Origin: an uncultured delta proteobacterium
GTDB taxonomy: Bacteria; Desulfobacterota; Binatia; UBA9968
Length of the DNA: 64,000 nt
Reading direction: 5' to 3'
Assembly: GCA_963840855.1 (NCBI GenBank)
Contig: CAWJBB010000050.1
Span: forward strand, 123,071 to 187,070
Positions 10,157 to 21,677 of this stretch are shown here, one piece after another. The translations under genes and the position numbers were made by a program. The number at the start of each line of letters is the position of its first letter. Positions within the stretch are counted from its first letter, which is position 1. The notes under the pieces are model-generated. The model was not told the origin of the DNA. It did not search any database and saw only the letters and a program-made list of their open reading frames with translations.

Positions 10157-11197
10157 TCAGCCGTCCGCGTTGATGACGTCGATCATCTGGCGCAGCCGGG
10201 CGAAGTCTTCGCGGTTGAAATGCACCAGGAGCCGGTGCAAATGCAGCGTATCGGGATCTTCCACTTCGTCTTCCACTTCGTCTGGCAAGGGATCGGTTTT
10301 CCTGATCTTGCCGTCGGTCACAATATCCGCGAAGTCGCGGTTGAGCCGGTCGATCAACTCGGGCGACGGCGCATGGTTTAGACGGATGACCAGGTCCTGC
10401 TTGACGAAGCGATAGGAATGAAAGTTGCGGTAATATCTCGTGATCTCGTTTACTGCCGCATCGGCGTCGGTGACGATCTTGAAGAAAGTCATTTCATTTT
10501 CAACAATGTAGCCGCGGCTCATCACATTTTCGCGGAGAAACTCCCGCCAGCGCGACCAGTACGTGCCGTCAGGCAGGTCCATTAAGATAATCGGCACGAG
10601 CTGGCTCTTGCCGGTCTGCGCCAGCGTAATTGACTCCAGAAGCTCATCGTGAGTGCCGAACCCGCCGGGAAAAATCACAACGGCGTCGGCTTCTTTGACG
10701 AACATGAGCTTGCGCGTAAAGAAAAAATGAAAATCCATAAGCTTGGGATCGTCACGGATAAACGGGTTCGCCGCCTGCACCGAAGGCAGACGGATATTGA
10801 CGCCGAAACTCTTTTCTCTTCCGGCTCCCTCGTGCCCCGCCTGCATGATGCCGGGTCCCGCACCGGTGATCACCATGAAACCCGCCTCGGCGATGCCCTT
10901 TGCGACGCCTTTCGCTAATGGATAATAAGGATCACTTTCCTGCACCCGGGTCGAACCGAAGATGCTCACCTTACGTACTTTACGGTAGGGCGCAAAGATC
11001 CTAAAGGCGTGGCGCAGCTCCTGCATGGCGCGGCTTAGGATTCTCAGATCGCCGCGCCCCGCGTTGTCCCCTGCTAGCTTGACCACGGTCCGCAATATTC
11101 TTGCGAACTGGTCTTCTTTGCCCGAGCCGTTTTGCGTCCGCAACCACTCATCGATTTGAGACACGATTTCCGCCAGGTTCTTTTTTTCCTGTTCCAC
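10157..11197 (-). CDS. LOG family protein (long form)
   Basis: SIFGSTR, ITGAGPGIM, FFFTRKLMF, FPGGFGTHDE. Confidence 0.9.
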   Translation of the reverse strand: MEQEKKNLAEIVSQIDEWLRTQNGSGKEDQFARILRTVVKLAGDNAGRGDLRILSRAMQELRHAFRIFAPYRKVRKVSIFGSTRVQESDPYYPLAKGVAKGIAEAGFMVITGAGPGIMQAGHEGAGREKSFGVNIRLPSVQAANPFIRDDPKLMDFHFFFTRKLMFVKEADAVVIFPGGFGTHDELLESITLAQTGKSQLVPIILMDLPDGTYWSRWREFLRENVMSRGYIVENEMTFFKIVTDADAAVNEITRYYRNFHSYRFVKQDLVIRLNHAPSPELIDRLNRDFADIVTDGKIRKTDPLPDEVEDEVEDPDTLHLHRLLVHFNREDFARLRQMIDVINADG

Positions 11198-11745
11198 CTG
11201 TCCTCGCTTCTACCGGCCATGCAGTATCATTATTCAAATGCCCGGGCGCGCTAACGACGCTCAATCACGGCGCCCGCTCGAAACAATCTCTCCGGATATT
11301 ATAAACCATGAGGGGAACCCACGTAAGCATGAAAGCCGGGTTGGTTTCCTTAACGTCGCCGCGCCCGTCGAGCCCCGGCGCCGGCCGCATGACAGCGGCG
11401 AATATTAGGCAAAAAATAGTTTTGATCCCTACAGCCGACAAGAATTCCATTGGGAGGGTTAAACTTTCCAAGCGGCTACGTGACTAATAGCGGCACACGG
11501 AACCGCTTCTATATTTTTTTCTAGGCACCGGGGTTGTTCAACGAAGATGCCTTTCGTGCCTTGAGATGGTATCATCGCCTGGTTGGACAACGACTTAAGA
11601 AATCTCCGCGGGTCTATACGCTCATCCGCCATTGCGATAGTATGGATAGGAGGAAATCAAACAACGCTTGCGGGTTTGCCGCCCTTGATCACGCTCCCGG
11701 AATACCATGCCGAGCACGCTCCGCATTAAGTTCTGAATTAAAGGA

Positions 11746-12579
11746 GTGGTGACGTTGAACACTAAGCGATTAATTGTTTTTACCGACTTGGACGGGACCC
11801 TCCTCGATCAAAATTCCTATAGCTACCGGGCTAGTCTGCCCGCCCTGCGCAAGCTCCAGGCGCTGCAGATGCCGGTCATCTTGTGCTCCAGCAAGACCCG
11901 CGCGGAAATCGAGCCGCTCTGGCGTGAGCTGCCCCTCGAAGACCCCTTCATCATCGAGAACGGCGGCGCGATCTGTTTCACGCCCGATTATTTTGCATCG
12001 GCGGTGACAAACGCGCGGCCCGACGCCAAGCTCTACACTCTTGAACTGGGCAGCCACATCGGCGAACTACGCGCCGGTCTAGCCGAGGCCGCGCGCCGCC
12101 TGCACATCCGCGTGCGCTCCTTTGGCGACATGAACACCGCGGACATCGCCGAATTGACCGGTCTCACCCGACCTCAGGCACAAGCGGCCGCGCAGCGAGA
12201 GTATGACGAGCCGTTTCTCATCGAGGAACCCAGCCGCGAGCGGATGTTGGCAACGGCGTTGCGCATGAGGGGATTTATCGTAACCAAAGGCGACCGGTTC
12301 TTTCACTTGAGCCGCGGCAGCGACAAAGGGAAAGCGGCGCGCCTGCTCATGGACCTTTACCGCAAAGACGGCGCGACGCTCATGAGCGTGGGGCTGGGTA
12401 ATTCGGCCAACGACCTGCCGCTTTTGCTCGCCGTTGAGCGGCCGATATTAATCAGGAATCCTGACCGGTCATGGGATTCTACGATCACTCAGAACATCCC
12501 CGGTATTCGCAAAACCATGAGCATCGGCCCGGAGGGCTGGGCCGAGTCGGTGGAAAAACTTTTGGCGGAAATCGTCTAA
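11746..12579 (+). CDS. Mannosyl-3-phosphoglycerate phosphatase family HAD-IIB hydrolase
   Basis: FTDLDGTLLD, SSKTRAE, ENGG, REYDEPF, DKGKA, GNSAND. Confidence 0.88.
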   Translation: MVTLNTKRLIVFTDLDGTLLDQNSYSYRASLPALRKLQALQMPVILCSSKTRAEIEPLWRELPLEDPFIIENGGAICFTPDYFASAVTNARPDAKLYTLELGSHIGELRAGLAEAARRLHIRVRSFGDMNTADIAELTGLTRPQAQAAAQREYDEPFLIEEPSRERMLATALRMRGFIVTKGDRFFHLSRGSDKGKAARLLMDLYRKDGATLMSVGLGNSANDLPLLLAVERPILIRNPDRSWDSTITQNIPGIRKTMSIGPEGWAESVEKLLAEIV

Positions 12580-12607
12580 CGCCGTGGCGCCGATGGGCGC
12601 CGCGCGC

Positions 12608-12685
12608 GGTTCAAGGTTTAAAGTTCAAAGTTCAACGTATCGGACCCCGCATTCAGTCCCTCCGCATTCTCTAACTTTGAACCGG
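12608..12685. repeat. GTTCAAN heptamer element (degenerate right arm)
   Basis: ggttcaag-gtttaaa-gttcaaa-gttcaac-gtatcgga ... aactttgaacc between convergent genes. Confidence 0.8.
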
Positions 12686-12692
12686 ACTTCAG

Positions 12693-13286
12693 TCACGTCC
12701 TCTCCGCATCGAACCGCTTGGCGGCGTGGGCTGAGATGAACGCCTCGATACGGTCCAGTAGTTTCTCCGGTTCCTCTTCGATGAAAAGCAATGAGCGGTG
12801 TTTGGGCTTTAGAAAACCTTCGGCCACGGCGTGATCCAAGAAATTGATCAACGGTTGATAATAACCCCCGGCATTTAGCAGCGCACAGGGCTTGTTATGA
12901 ATACCCAACTGCGCCCAGCTCAGGACTTCAAAAAATTCCTCCATGGTGCCGATGCCGCCAGGCATGGCGATAAAACCGTCGGAGAGATCCGCCATCACGG
13001 CTTTGCGCTCGTGCATGGATTTCACGATGCGCAGCTCCGAAAGTCCCCTATGGGCAACCTCTTTCGTAACCAGGGCGCCGGGGATCACACCGGTCACATG
13101 ACCCTTCATCGCCAGCATGGTATCCGCGATGACGGTCATGAGACCCACCTTGCCACCGCCATAAACCAGCCCGTATTTTCGCTCCGCTAGCACCTGGCCG
13201 AGGCGGCGCGCCGCCTCGGCGTATTCCGGGCGCGCGCCGTGCCGCGACCCGGTGAAGACACAGATCTTGCCTTTCAAATCGTCCAT
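12693..13286 (-). CDS. LOG family cytokinin/nucleotide phosphoribohydrolase (TIGR00730)
   Basis: LVYGGGKVGLM, MHERKAVM, PGGIGTMEE, QLGIHNKP. Confidence 0.93.
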   Translation of the reverse strand: MDDLKGKICVFTGSRHGARPEYAEAARRLGQVLAERKYGLVYGGGKVGLMTVIADTMLAMKGHVTGVIPGALVTKEVAHRGLSELRIVKSMHERKAVMADLSDGFIAMPGGIGTMEEFFEVLSWAQLGIHNKPCALLNAGGYYQPLINFLDHAVAEGFLKPKHRSLLFIEEEPEKLLDRIEAFISAHAAKRFDAERT

Positions 13287-13301
13287 GCCAGCGCTAATTG
13301 C

Positions 13302-13389
13302 GGTTCAAAGTTCAAGGTTCAATGTTCAACGTTTCGGATTAAGATCTGCGTTTTGAATCCGAACGACCTTGAACCTTGAACATTGAACT
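13302..13389. repeat. GTTCAAN heptamer inverted-repeat element
   Basis: gttcaaa-gttcaag-gttcaat-gttcaac-gtttcggatt ... aatccgaacgacc-ttgaacc-ttgaaca-ttgaact. Confidence 0.9.
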
Positions 13390-13394
13390 ATCCC

Positions 13395-14390
13395 TCATTT
13401 CCACAGCCTCTGCAAAAACCCATCCTTTTCCATCTCTTGAAAAAAGCGCGAGTCGATAAACTGCTCGGGGCGGAGGTTTGCCGCACGCGGGTCGGTTTCC
13501 GCGATCTGGTCGAGGACGGTTTTGATCGCCTCCGGCGCCGGCCGCGGGATTCTTAGCATGTTCTGGATCAGATAAAGGTCGTACAGGTCATTCACCATCG
13601 CGAGGTCGTTGTTGCGCATATATTTGCTCATCACCTGGACGCTGAAGGCCCGTTGCGTCTTGCTAAAGTGAACGCCATCGGCGTAGGCCCGGACGAATTT
13701 TCTTACCGTGTTTTCGCTGCGCTTGATATAAGAACGCGTGGTGACGATGGACGAAGTGGGAAAGCTAAGCCCCATCTTCGAAATATCCGCCACGTCCCTA
13801 AAACCGTCCCGGCGCGCCAGGATCGCGAGCTCCGCGTTGATCACGCCGGCGTCGACCCCGCCGGTCTTGAGCGCCGCCAATATATCGGTTACGCCGCCCA
13901 TTTGGATCACGGCAAAATCGCGTTGCCGCTTGATCGGCCATTGCGATTCCGCAAAGCGCAAGCCGAAATCCGTCGCCGAACCGAAGCGCGAGATGCCGAT
14001 TTTTTTTCCTTTCAATTCCTCAACGCGGCGGATCTCGGGCTTCGCCATCACGACGAAGGTAAACACGTTCAGCGAACTGGCGATAATCACCAGATCGCCG
14101 CCGGCCAGGTTAGCGTTGACGACCGCGCCGCCGGTGAACGTCCCTATCGGCACTTCGCCCGATTGCACGACTTGGGCCGCCCGCCCGCCGCCGCCGACGT
14201 AGAGCAGCTCGACATCCAGGCCATGCTTGCGGAAGATTCCCGCTTCGTAGGGAATCCAAAACGACGCTTGCGATCCGGCGATGGCGCTGTAGGTCAGGCG
14301 CAGTTTTTCCATCGGCGCTTGAGGGAACGCTTGTGATGTTAAAACCAGAAGCGCGAACGGAAATCCCATCAAACAACGGCGCATTGCCAT
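13395..14390 (-). CDS. ABC transporter substrate-binding protein (NMT1/THI5/SsuA-like)
   Basis: Signal peptide, GIFRKHGLDVEL, LKGKKIGISRFGSATD. Confidence 0.9.
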   Translation of the reverse strand: MAMRRCLMGFPFALLVLTSQAFPQAPMEKLRLTYSAIAGSQASFWIPYEAGIFRKHGLDVELLYVGGGGRAAQVVQSGEVPIGTFTGGAVVNANLAGGDLVIIASSLNVFTFVVMAKPEIRRVEELKGKKIGISRFGSATDFGLRFAESQWPIKRQRDFAVIQMGGVTDILAALKTGGVDAGVINAELAILARRDGFRDVADISKMGLSFPTSSIVTTRSYIKRSENTVRKFVRAYADGVHFSKTQRAFSVQVMSKYMRNNDLAMVNDLYDLYLIQNMLRIPRPAPEAIKTVLDQIAETDPRAANLRPEQFIDSRFFQEMEKDGFLQRLWK

Positions 14391-14402
14391 AGTCTCTCCA
14401 AG

Positions 14403-14486
14403 CTTGAACTTTGAACCCGTTCGACCCTTCGAGGGGCTCAGGGTAGGCCCCCTCGACAGCCTTTAGTCCCGAGCCTGTCGAGGGGT
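14403..14486. repeat. Composite repeat: TTGAAC heptamers joined to nested CCTTCGA...CTCAGG REP-like units
   Basis: cttgaactttgaac-ccgttcgac-ccttcgaggggctcagggtagg-ccccctcgacagc...gagcctgtcgagggg. Confidence 0.7.
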
Positions 14487-14586
14487 CGGGACAGGGATTA
14501 CACCGTGAATCCCATAAGTCTCGGCTCATCCGAAAACGACGGCGCGGCGTCGATTTTTTCGTTGCATGAATGGACCCGGCTACACA

Positions 14587-15357
14587 TCAGCTTTGCCAGC
14601 CGATGACGCTCATCTGCCGCCCGGTCTCCTTGCCTGCGCGGCGGTAAGAGAAAAATTCATCCGCGGCGCAACCGGTGCAAGGGCCCAGCTCGAAAATGCG
14701 CTCAGCCGGCAGGCCGGCTTCGGCGAGAATCGCATGATTTAATCGCCGCAGGTCGAGATGGGGCTTGGCGGCGGAACTTTCGATGCACGCACCCGCCAAC
14801 TTTCCCCAGCGCGCGCGTAGCGGCTCGACGACGTCATCGCCGACTTCATAACAGCAGGCGCCGATGGACGGGCCCAGGGCGGCTTCCAGCGATCCCGAAG
14901 CAATATTGTATTTGTCCGCGAAATACTTGACGGTCTTCGCGCCGATACCGGCGAGGGTGCCGCGCCACCCGGCATGGACCGCGGCGACAAGTCGTTCCTT
15001 CGGTGCGACGAAAAGTATCGGCACGCAGTCCGCAGTGAGCACGCCAAGAAACACGTTGGGCTGCGCCGTCACCATAGCGTCGGCTGCGCCGGCTTCTTTG
15101 ATGTTGGTGTCTGTGACTTCGACAATGTCATCGCCGTGCACCTGCTTCATCGTGACGACCCGGCCGTCGTGAATGCCGATGGCCAGCTTCATGTCGCAAA
15201 CGTTCTGGCTAACGACTTTGGCGTCGTCGCCGACGCGATAGGAAACGTTCAAACCCGCGTAGGGGCCGACGCTCTTCCCGCCGCGCCGCCCCATGAAGCC
15301 GTGCAGCAGCCCGGTGTGCTTCTCCCAGCTTGGAACCTTGAGCGATGTGATATCCAT
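14587..15357 (-). CDS. pgeF: Purine nucleoside phosphorylase/peptidoglycan editing factor PgeF (YfiH)
   Basis: QVHG, TADCVP, VHAGWRG, GPSIGACCYEVG, FFSYRR. Confidence 0.92.
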   Translation of the reverse strand: MDITSLKVPSWEKHTGLLHGFMGRRGGKSVGPYAGLNVSYRVGDDAKVVSQNVCDMKLAIGIHDGRVVTMKQVHGDDIVEVTDTNIKEAGAADAMVTAQPNVFLGVLTADCVPILFVAPKERLVAAVHAGWRGTLAGIGAKTVKYFADKYNIASGSLEAALGPSIGACCYEVGDDVVEPLRARWGKLAGACIESSAAKPHLDLRRLNHAILAEAGLPAERIFELGPCTGCAADEFFSYRRAGKETGRQMSVIGWQS

Positions 15358-15488
15358 AGATTTCGATTATGGTTTGATCCTAGGCGTGATGCAACAGACG
15401 GCGGAAACTGCTAAAGCTCCGGAAACAATCCTTGCAATGGTCCGCGTTTTAGCCGCACAATAAGGGAAACGCAGTCGCGATAAATTAC

Positions 15489-18400
15489 ATGGCCTCCGGC
15501 TCATATACCGAAATTCTCAAGCGCCGCGGTTTTTTCTGTTTCTTTTGCACGCAATTTCTAGGCGCATTCAACGATAATTTCTATAAAATCATTGTTACCC
15601 TGGTGGCCTTGGACATCCCGGCTTCCGCCGGCGGCGGCAAGCACTTGATTCCTTTGATCGGCGGCCTGTTCATTCTGCCCTTCCTGCTTTTTTCGGGCTA
15701 CTCGGGTTATCTCGCCGACATCTACAGCAAGAGAAATGTGCTGGTGGCGGTGAAGTGTTTTGAAATCGTTGCCATGGGCTTCGGCATTCTCGCGTTCTTC
15801 CTCGGCAGTATGGAGCTAATGTTGGCGGTGGTTTTTCTCATGGGCCTTCATTCCACGATCTTCAGCCCGGCGAAGTACGGCATTCTGCCCGAGATGCTCC
15901 CCGAGCAAGATCTATCGCGCGGCAACGGCCTGCTCGAGATGAGCACCTTTATGGCGATCATCCTAGGCACCGCGCTGGGCGGGGCGATTTATGAGGCGTG
16001 GAAAGACCGATTGGGTTGGATCGGCGTCGTCTATGATCGGCATCGCCGCGCTCGGCACGTTGACCAGCCTGGGGATAACCAAAGTGCCGCCCTCCGGTTC
16101 GGCGCAGAAGTTACGTCGCCAATCCCACCGCGGAAATCTTGGCAGGGCTGCGCATAAGTTTACCACGGACCGGACGCTTTGGCTCACGGTGATGGGCATC
16201 TCCTACTTCTGGTTTCTCGGCGCGTTTCTGCAGATGATTTCCCATTGTACGGCAAAGAGATTCTCGGCCTTGGAGAAACTCACATCGGGCTGCTGTGGAC
16301 CTTCGCCGCCCTGGGCATCGGCGCCGGGAGCCTCATGGCGGGCCGCTTGTCCGGTGACCGGATCGAATTGGGCCTGGTCCCCTCGGCGCCATCGGCATGG
16401 GGATATTTCCCTGGTGCTATTCTTTGCCACGCCGTCTTTTCCAGCGCGCGGGGATTGCCCTTGTGTGCATGGGTTTTTTCGCCGGCTTCTTCGCGGTACC
16501 GCTAAACGCGCTCTTGCAGCAGCGCGCCGAACGCGAGGAAAAAGGGCGGCTCATCGCAACCAACAACGTCTTTAATACCATAGGCGTCCTTCTAGCCGCC
16601 GCGCTGCTTTGGCTTTTCGTGCGCCGCTTGAAACTTTCCGCCGACTTTATCATCATGGTGCTCGGTCTTCTCACCTTTGCCATGACGATTTACGTGCTGC
16701 GCCTTTTGCCGGATGTCTCGGCGCGTTTCATTCTCTGGCTGTTCACCCACTCTCTCTATCGCATCCGCGTCGTCGGCCTGGACAATATTCCGCGCCACGG
16801 CCCGGCGCTGCTGGTGTCCAATCATGTTTCCTTCGTCGATGCGATCTTGCTTGGCGCGTCGATGCCACGCTTCATCCGCTTCATGCTCCATCGCGAGTAT
16901 TACGATAGCCGCTGGTTCAACTGGTTTTTTCGCCTCATGAAGTCGATTCCCGTCGTGCCCACGAGCCGGCGCGGCATCGTCGAGTCGTTGCGGCGCGCGC
17001 GCGCGGAACTCGAAGCCGGCGAAGTGGTTTGCATCTTTGCCGAGGGCGCCATCAGCCGCACCGGACACTTGCTGCCGTTCAGGCGAGGCTTTGAAAAGAT
17101 TGTCGAGGGTTCGAACATCCCGATCATCCCCGTCCACCTCGACCAGGTATGGGGCAGCATCTTCAGCTTCAAAGAAGGCCGTTTTTTCTGGAAGCGCCCC
17201 AGACTGCTCCCCTACCCGGTGACCGTCTCCTTCGGCGCGCCGCTGCCCGCCAGCGCCAGCGTGCAAGAAGTGCGGCAAGCGGTGCAGGAGCTGGAAAGCG
17301 AAGCGGCCCGCCACCGCCGCCGCCCGGACGATCTCTTGCACGCCAAGTTCATCCGCGTCGCCAAACGCCGCTGGTCTTCCTTCTGCATGGCGGATACCAC
17401 CGGCGCGGAACTGACCTGGGGCAAGACGCTTATCGGCGCCCGGCTGATGGCAAGCTCGGTGCGGCGCCGTTCGAGCCGGCGAATCGATGGTCGGCGTGCT
17501 GCTGCCCGCCTCGGTGGGCGGCGCGCTGGCGAATATCGCCGTCTCGTTGGCTGGAAAAGTGCCGGTGAATCTAAATTTTACCGCCGGCGCCGGCGCGTTG
17601 CGCTCGGCGCTAGAGCAATGCGGCATTAAAACGATTTTGACCTCGCGAGTTTTCCTATCGAAGGCCGGCCTCGAGGAGCTGCCGGGTATGGTTTTTGTCG
17701 AAGACCTGAGAAAGACTTTCACTGCGGTTCAGAAATTTTCGATGTTGCTTGGTACGCTCTTGCTGCCCGCGCGCTGGCTCGCATGGCGCCACGCCAAAAA
17801 TCAAAAACCAGACGATCTCGCCACGGTGATTTTTTCCAGCGGCAGCACGGGTGCTCCCAAGGGAATCATGCTGTCTCATCACAACATCGTCTCGAACATC
17901 GAAGGCATCGAGCAAGTGATTCAATTCGCGCCCGCGGACCGGATCATGGGCGTACTGCCGCTGTTTCACTCGTTTGGCTTCACGGGCACGCTCTGGCTGC
18001 CGCTGCTCGCCGGCTTTGGCGCGGTTTACCATCCGAATCCCACCGACGCGAAAACAATCGGCGAGACCATAAAAAAATACCGAGCGACACTGCTCATCAG
18101 CACGCCGACGTTTTATGCCGGTTATATGCGCCGTTGCAGCGCCGAGGAGTTCGCTTCGTTGCACTACGTCATCGCCGGCGCGGAAAAACTCAGGGAACCC
18201 ATCGCCAGAGGCTACAAGGAAAAGTACGGCATCGAAATCCTCGAGGGGTATGGTTGTACCGAACTGGCGCCGGTAGTGTCGGTAAACATTCCCGACGTCA
18301 CCTATGACAATGAAAAACAGATCGGCAACAAGCCCGGCACGGTAGGCCATCCGATTCCGGGGGTCGCGGTGAAAGTAATCGATCCTGATAGCGGCAGCCC

Positions 18401-18890
18401 TCTGCCCTACGGCGCCGCGGGAATGCTGCTCGCCAAAGGCGGCAATCTCATGCTCGGCTACCTCGGGCAACCGAAGCTCACCGCGGAAGCCATGCGCGAT
18501 GGCTGGTACATCACCGGCGATATTGCGTCCGTGGACGAGGACGGTTTCATCCGCATCACCGACCGTCTATCGCGCTTCAGCAAGATCGGCGGCGAAATGG
18601 TGCCGCATGTAAAAATCGAAGAAGTGATTAACGAAATCCTCGGCAGCGCCGACTCCGCCGTGACCGCGATTGCCGACCCACAGCGGGGCGAGAAACTGGT
18701 CGCCTTCTACAGCGCAAACGGCGTCACCTCCCATGAGCTATGGGAAAAGCTCAACCAGTCGGAGCTGCCCAAACTCTGGATTCCCAAGCGCGAAGATCTC
18801 CATCCCGTAGACACCCTCCCGCTCTTGGGATCGGGCAAAGTCGATCTCAAAAAACTAAAGGCGATGGCACTGGAACAGGGTAAAAACTAG
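15489..18890 (+). CDS. aas: MFS / acyltransferase / acyl-ACP synthetase fusion (Aas-like), interrupted by several frameshifts
   Basis: MFS N-terminus (TQFLGAFNDN, FSPAKYGILP), PlsC motif NHVSFVD/FAEG, AMP-binding IFSSGSTGAPKG, EGYGCTE, RFSKIGGEMV spread over overlapping ORFs 15489-16157, 15991-16575, 16179-16505, 16397-17629, 17487-18890. Confidence 0.85.
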
Positions 18891-19027
18891 CGGCAGCCAC
18901 CGTCGGAAACTGGCAGCTTGCGCAGTGTATTCCTTAACGCCGAAGCGGTGGCTGTCGCTCGCGTAAAGTTGAAAGCGACATTTGCGCGTGATAAGAGTCG
19001 AGGGTCTTCGAAGGAAAAACAGCGGAA

Positions 19028-20008
19028 ATGAATTTTCATAGTTTAGCCGACAAAGCTCTTCAAGGCATTATTCCCGAACGTGAGGAGCTGAAAGCGGTTC
19101 TCAACGCATCGGAGGAACAACTACCGGAGCTTATAAGCGCGGCCTTCAAGGTCCGCCATCATTATTACGGCAAGCGGGTGCAGATCCACGTTTTGCAGAA
19201 CGCCAAGAGCGGCCTCTGTCCCGAAGATTGCCATTACTGCTCCCAATCGTCGGTTTCAGACGCTCCCATCGACCGCTATCCCTTCATGTCGAAGGAAAAA
19301 TTGGTTGAAAGCGCCAAACAAGCCAAAGCGGCCGGCGCGGTCCGGTTCTGCATTGTCAACAGCGGCCGCGGCCCGACGAGCAAAGAAATCGACCAGATCG
19401 CCGAAGCCGTGCGCGAGATCCGAGAAAAAACCGGCATGAATATCTGCTGCTCTCTTGGCTTGATGAACGAAGAAAAAATCCAGAGACTCAAAGCGGTCGG
19501 CGTCGGCCGTGTCAATCATAATCTAAATACCAGCCGCAACCACCATCCCGACATTGTGACGACGCACACTTATGATGACCGCGTTGCGACCATTGAAAAC
19601 GTCAAACATGCCGGCGTCGGCACCTGCTCCGGTGGCATCATCGGCATGGGCGAGAGCGACGAAGACATCATCGATCTCGCGCTCACCCTGCGCGCCATGG
19701 ACATCGAATCGATCCCGGTGAACTTTCTCAACTCGATTCCGAGAACGCCGTTCGAGAAGAAAAGAGAGCTTACGCCGCAGCGCTGCCTGAAAACGCTTTG
19801 TCTTTTTCGCTTCGTGAATCCGTGCAAAGAAATCCGCGTCGCCGGCGGTAGAGAAGTGAACCTGCGCTCTTTGCAGCCGCTCAGCCTCTATCCGGCAAAC
19901 TCGATCTTCGTCAACGGCTATCTCACCACGCCCGGACAGGAAGCTTCCGACGCGCATCAAATGATTCGAGATCTCGGCTTCGAGCTCGATCAGCCGGCGG
20001 CGATCTAG
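19028..20008 (+). CDS. bioB: Biotin synthase
   Basis: NAKSGLCPEDCHYCSQS, NHNLNT, CSGGIIGMGE, IPVNFL, AGGRE, ANSIF, YLTT. Confidence 0.95.
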   Translation: MNFHSLADKALQGIIPEREELKAVLNASEEQLPELISAAFKVRHHYYGKRVQIHVLQNAKSGLCPEDCHYCSQSSVSDAPIDRYPFMSKEKLVESAKQAKAAGAVRFCIVNSGRGPTSKEIDQIAEAVREIREKTGMNICCSLGLMNEEKIQRLKAVGVGRVNHNLNTSRNHHPDIVTTHTYDDRVATIENVKHAGVGTCSGGIIGMGESDEDIIDLALTLRAMDIESIPVNFLNSIPRTPFEKKRELTPQRCLKTLCLFRFVNPCKEIRVAGGREVNLRSLQPLSLYPANSIFVNGYLTTPGQEASDAHQMIRDLGFELDQPAAI

Positions 20009-20160
20009 AATAGCGGAATTTTCCGCCTCAAACCGGCGGCATAGCGGCGCCTAAACTCATAACCATCATTGGGACCAGTATCACTGGTCATGTCGAGCAT
20101 CTTTTGCGGTTGAAAAGTGCTTTCGAAATGCCTATTCTCCCGGTCGCATGCGCCAGTTGG

Positions 20161-20224
20161 GTTCAAAACGTTCAAGCGGTTCAAAACGTTTGGAACGATT
20201 TGAACTATTCGAACGGCTGGAACG
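20161..20224. repeat. GTTCAA 9-nt-period inverted-repeat element
   Basis: gttcaaaac-gttcaagcg-gttcaaaac ... tggaacgat-ttgaactat-tcgaacggc-tggaacg. Confidence 0.8.
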
Positions 20225-20313
20225 CTAATGGACTACTGGCACATTGACTGCGACCGGAGGGGTTCACTCTTCGTGCGCTAAATTTGCGAATAATTCAGGA
20301 TAGGAGGATTGAT

Positions 20314-21609
20314 ATGAACGCATGCTTTTCAAACCTGCGAAACCTTCTGATTGCTGAAATAGTCGGGAGCGTGCTTGTGGCGGGAGCGGCGTTCGCGCAG
20401 CAGCCGCAAGAAAAATCCCCGCCGGCGCCTCGAGGAGAAAAACCGGCACCCAACGTTCAGCCGGCGCCGACAACGGTGCCGGGGCGTCCCGACATTCCCA
20501 ACGCGGAAGTGGCGAAGGTTTTGCGTGGCGTGCCGGCGCCGCCGTTTCCGACGCCGGCGGATAAGTTGGCGCTTGCGCAGCTCAAGCTGCCCAAGGGCTT
20601 TAAGATCGACGTCTATGCCAGCGGCATCGCCAATGCGCGCTCGCTCAGGGTCGGCGACAAGGGAACCGTATTCGTCAGCAACCGGCAGCTCGACAAGGTC
20701 TATGCCGTTGTCGACAAGGACGGGAAACGCGAGACCAAGGTGATCGCGTCGGGGTTGGACCGGCCCAACGGGCTCGCCTTCCTCAACGGCACGCTGTACA
20801 TCGGCGAGGGCACCAAGATCTCGAAGCTCGAAAAGATCGAGGACCAACTCGACAACCCGCCCAAGCCTGTGGTCATCTACGACGACCTGCCCAATCATCA
20901 ATCGCACGGCTGGAAGTTCATCGCCATCGGCCCGGACAACAAGCTCTACATCAATGTCGGCGCGCCGTGCAATATCTGCATCCCACCCGAGGAGAACGCG
21001 CAGATTCGCCGCATCAACCTCGACGGCAGCGGCGCTGAGGCGTTCGCTCGCGGCGTGCGCAACTCGGTGGGCTTCGATTGGCACCCGGCGACGAAAGAGC
21101 TCTATTTTACCGACAACGGCCGCGACTGGCTGTCAGAGGACTTGCCCGAAGACGAGCTCAACCGGGTCACAAAGGCGGGCCAGGATTTCGGCTTTCCGTA
21201 CTGCCACCAGGGCAACTTTACGGACCGCGAAGTCGGCTGGGGACGCTCCTGCGAGGAGTTTGTCAAGCCGGTGGCCCTGCTCGGCCCACACAGCGCGGCC
21301 CTCGGCATGCGCTTCTACACGGGCAAAATGTTCCCTGAATCATATCGCAATGCGATCTTCATCGCGCGTCACGGCTCGTGGAACAGAACAAAGAAAATCG
21401 GCGGCGACGTGGTGGTCGCCAGGCTGAATAAGGACGGCACCGTGAAATCAGTCGAACCGTTCATCACCGGCTTCCTGCAAAACAACGAGTACTGGGGCCG
21501 GCCGGTGGATGTGCATATCATGAAAGACGGCTCGCTTTTGGTCTCTGACGATTACGCCGGCGCCGTCTACCGCGTCACCTACGGCGCCGGGGACAGGGCC
21601 AAGCGTTGA
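20314..21609 (+). CDS. PQQ-dependent sugar/sorbosone dehydrogenase family beta-propeller
   Basis: AGGAGG RBS before ATG 20314; LKLPKGFKI, GAPCNIC, GVRNSVG, DNGRD, HGSWNR, GRPVDV, LVSDD. Confidence 0.88.
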   Translation: MNACFSNLRNLLIAEIVGSVLVAGAAFAQQPQEKSPPAPRGEKPAPNVQPAPTTVPGRPDIPNAEVAKVLRGVPAPPFPTPADKLALAQLKLPKGFKIDVYASGIANARSLRVGDKGTVFVSNRQLDKVYAVVDKDGKRETKVIASGLDRPNGLAFLNGTLYIGEGTKISKLEKIEDQLDNPPKPVVIYDDLPNHQSHGWKFIAIGPDNKLYINVGAPCNICIPPEENAQIRRINLDGSGAEAFARGVRNSVGFDWHPATKELYFTDNGRDWLSEDLPEDELNRVTKAGQDFGFPYCHQGNFTDREVGWGRSCEEFVKPVALLGPHSAALGMRFYTGKMFPESYRNAIFIARHGSWNRTKKIGGDVVVARLNKDGTVKSVEPFITGFLQNNEYWGRPVDVHIMKDGSLLVSDDYAGAVYRVTYGAGDRAKR

Positions 21610-21677
21610 GTAGGTATTGAGGGTCCGCCGCGGGGGATCGCCCGCGGCGACTCTTGGTTTTATCGAATGCGAGCATC

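Noticed and set aside
10258-10281. 12-nt tandem duplication (EVED-EVED) in the LOG gene
   Set aside because: In-frame micro-duplication in a probable loop; no evident significance
11265-11752. Short ORFs between the LOG gene and the HAD phosphatase
   Set aside because: No recognisable motif or convincing RBS
15489-18890. Programmed frameshifting or true pseudogenisation of aas (also the di-heme gene, amidohydrolase, glycine zipper, phcS-like and phcR-like genes)
   Set aside because: Scattered single-base indels across unrelated genes with otherwise intact motifs and no slippery-site pattern are best explained by long-read assembly error; read-level data needed
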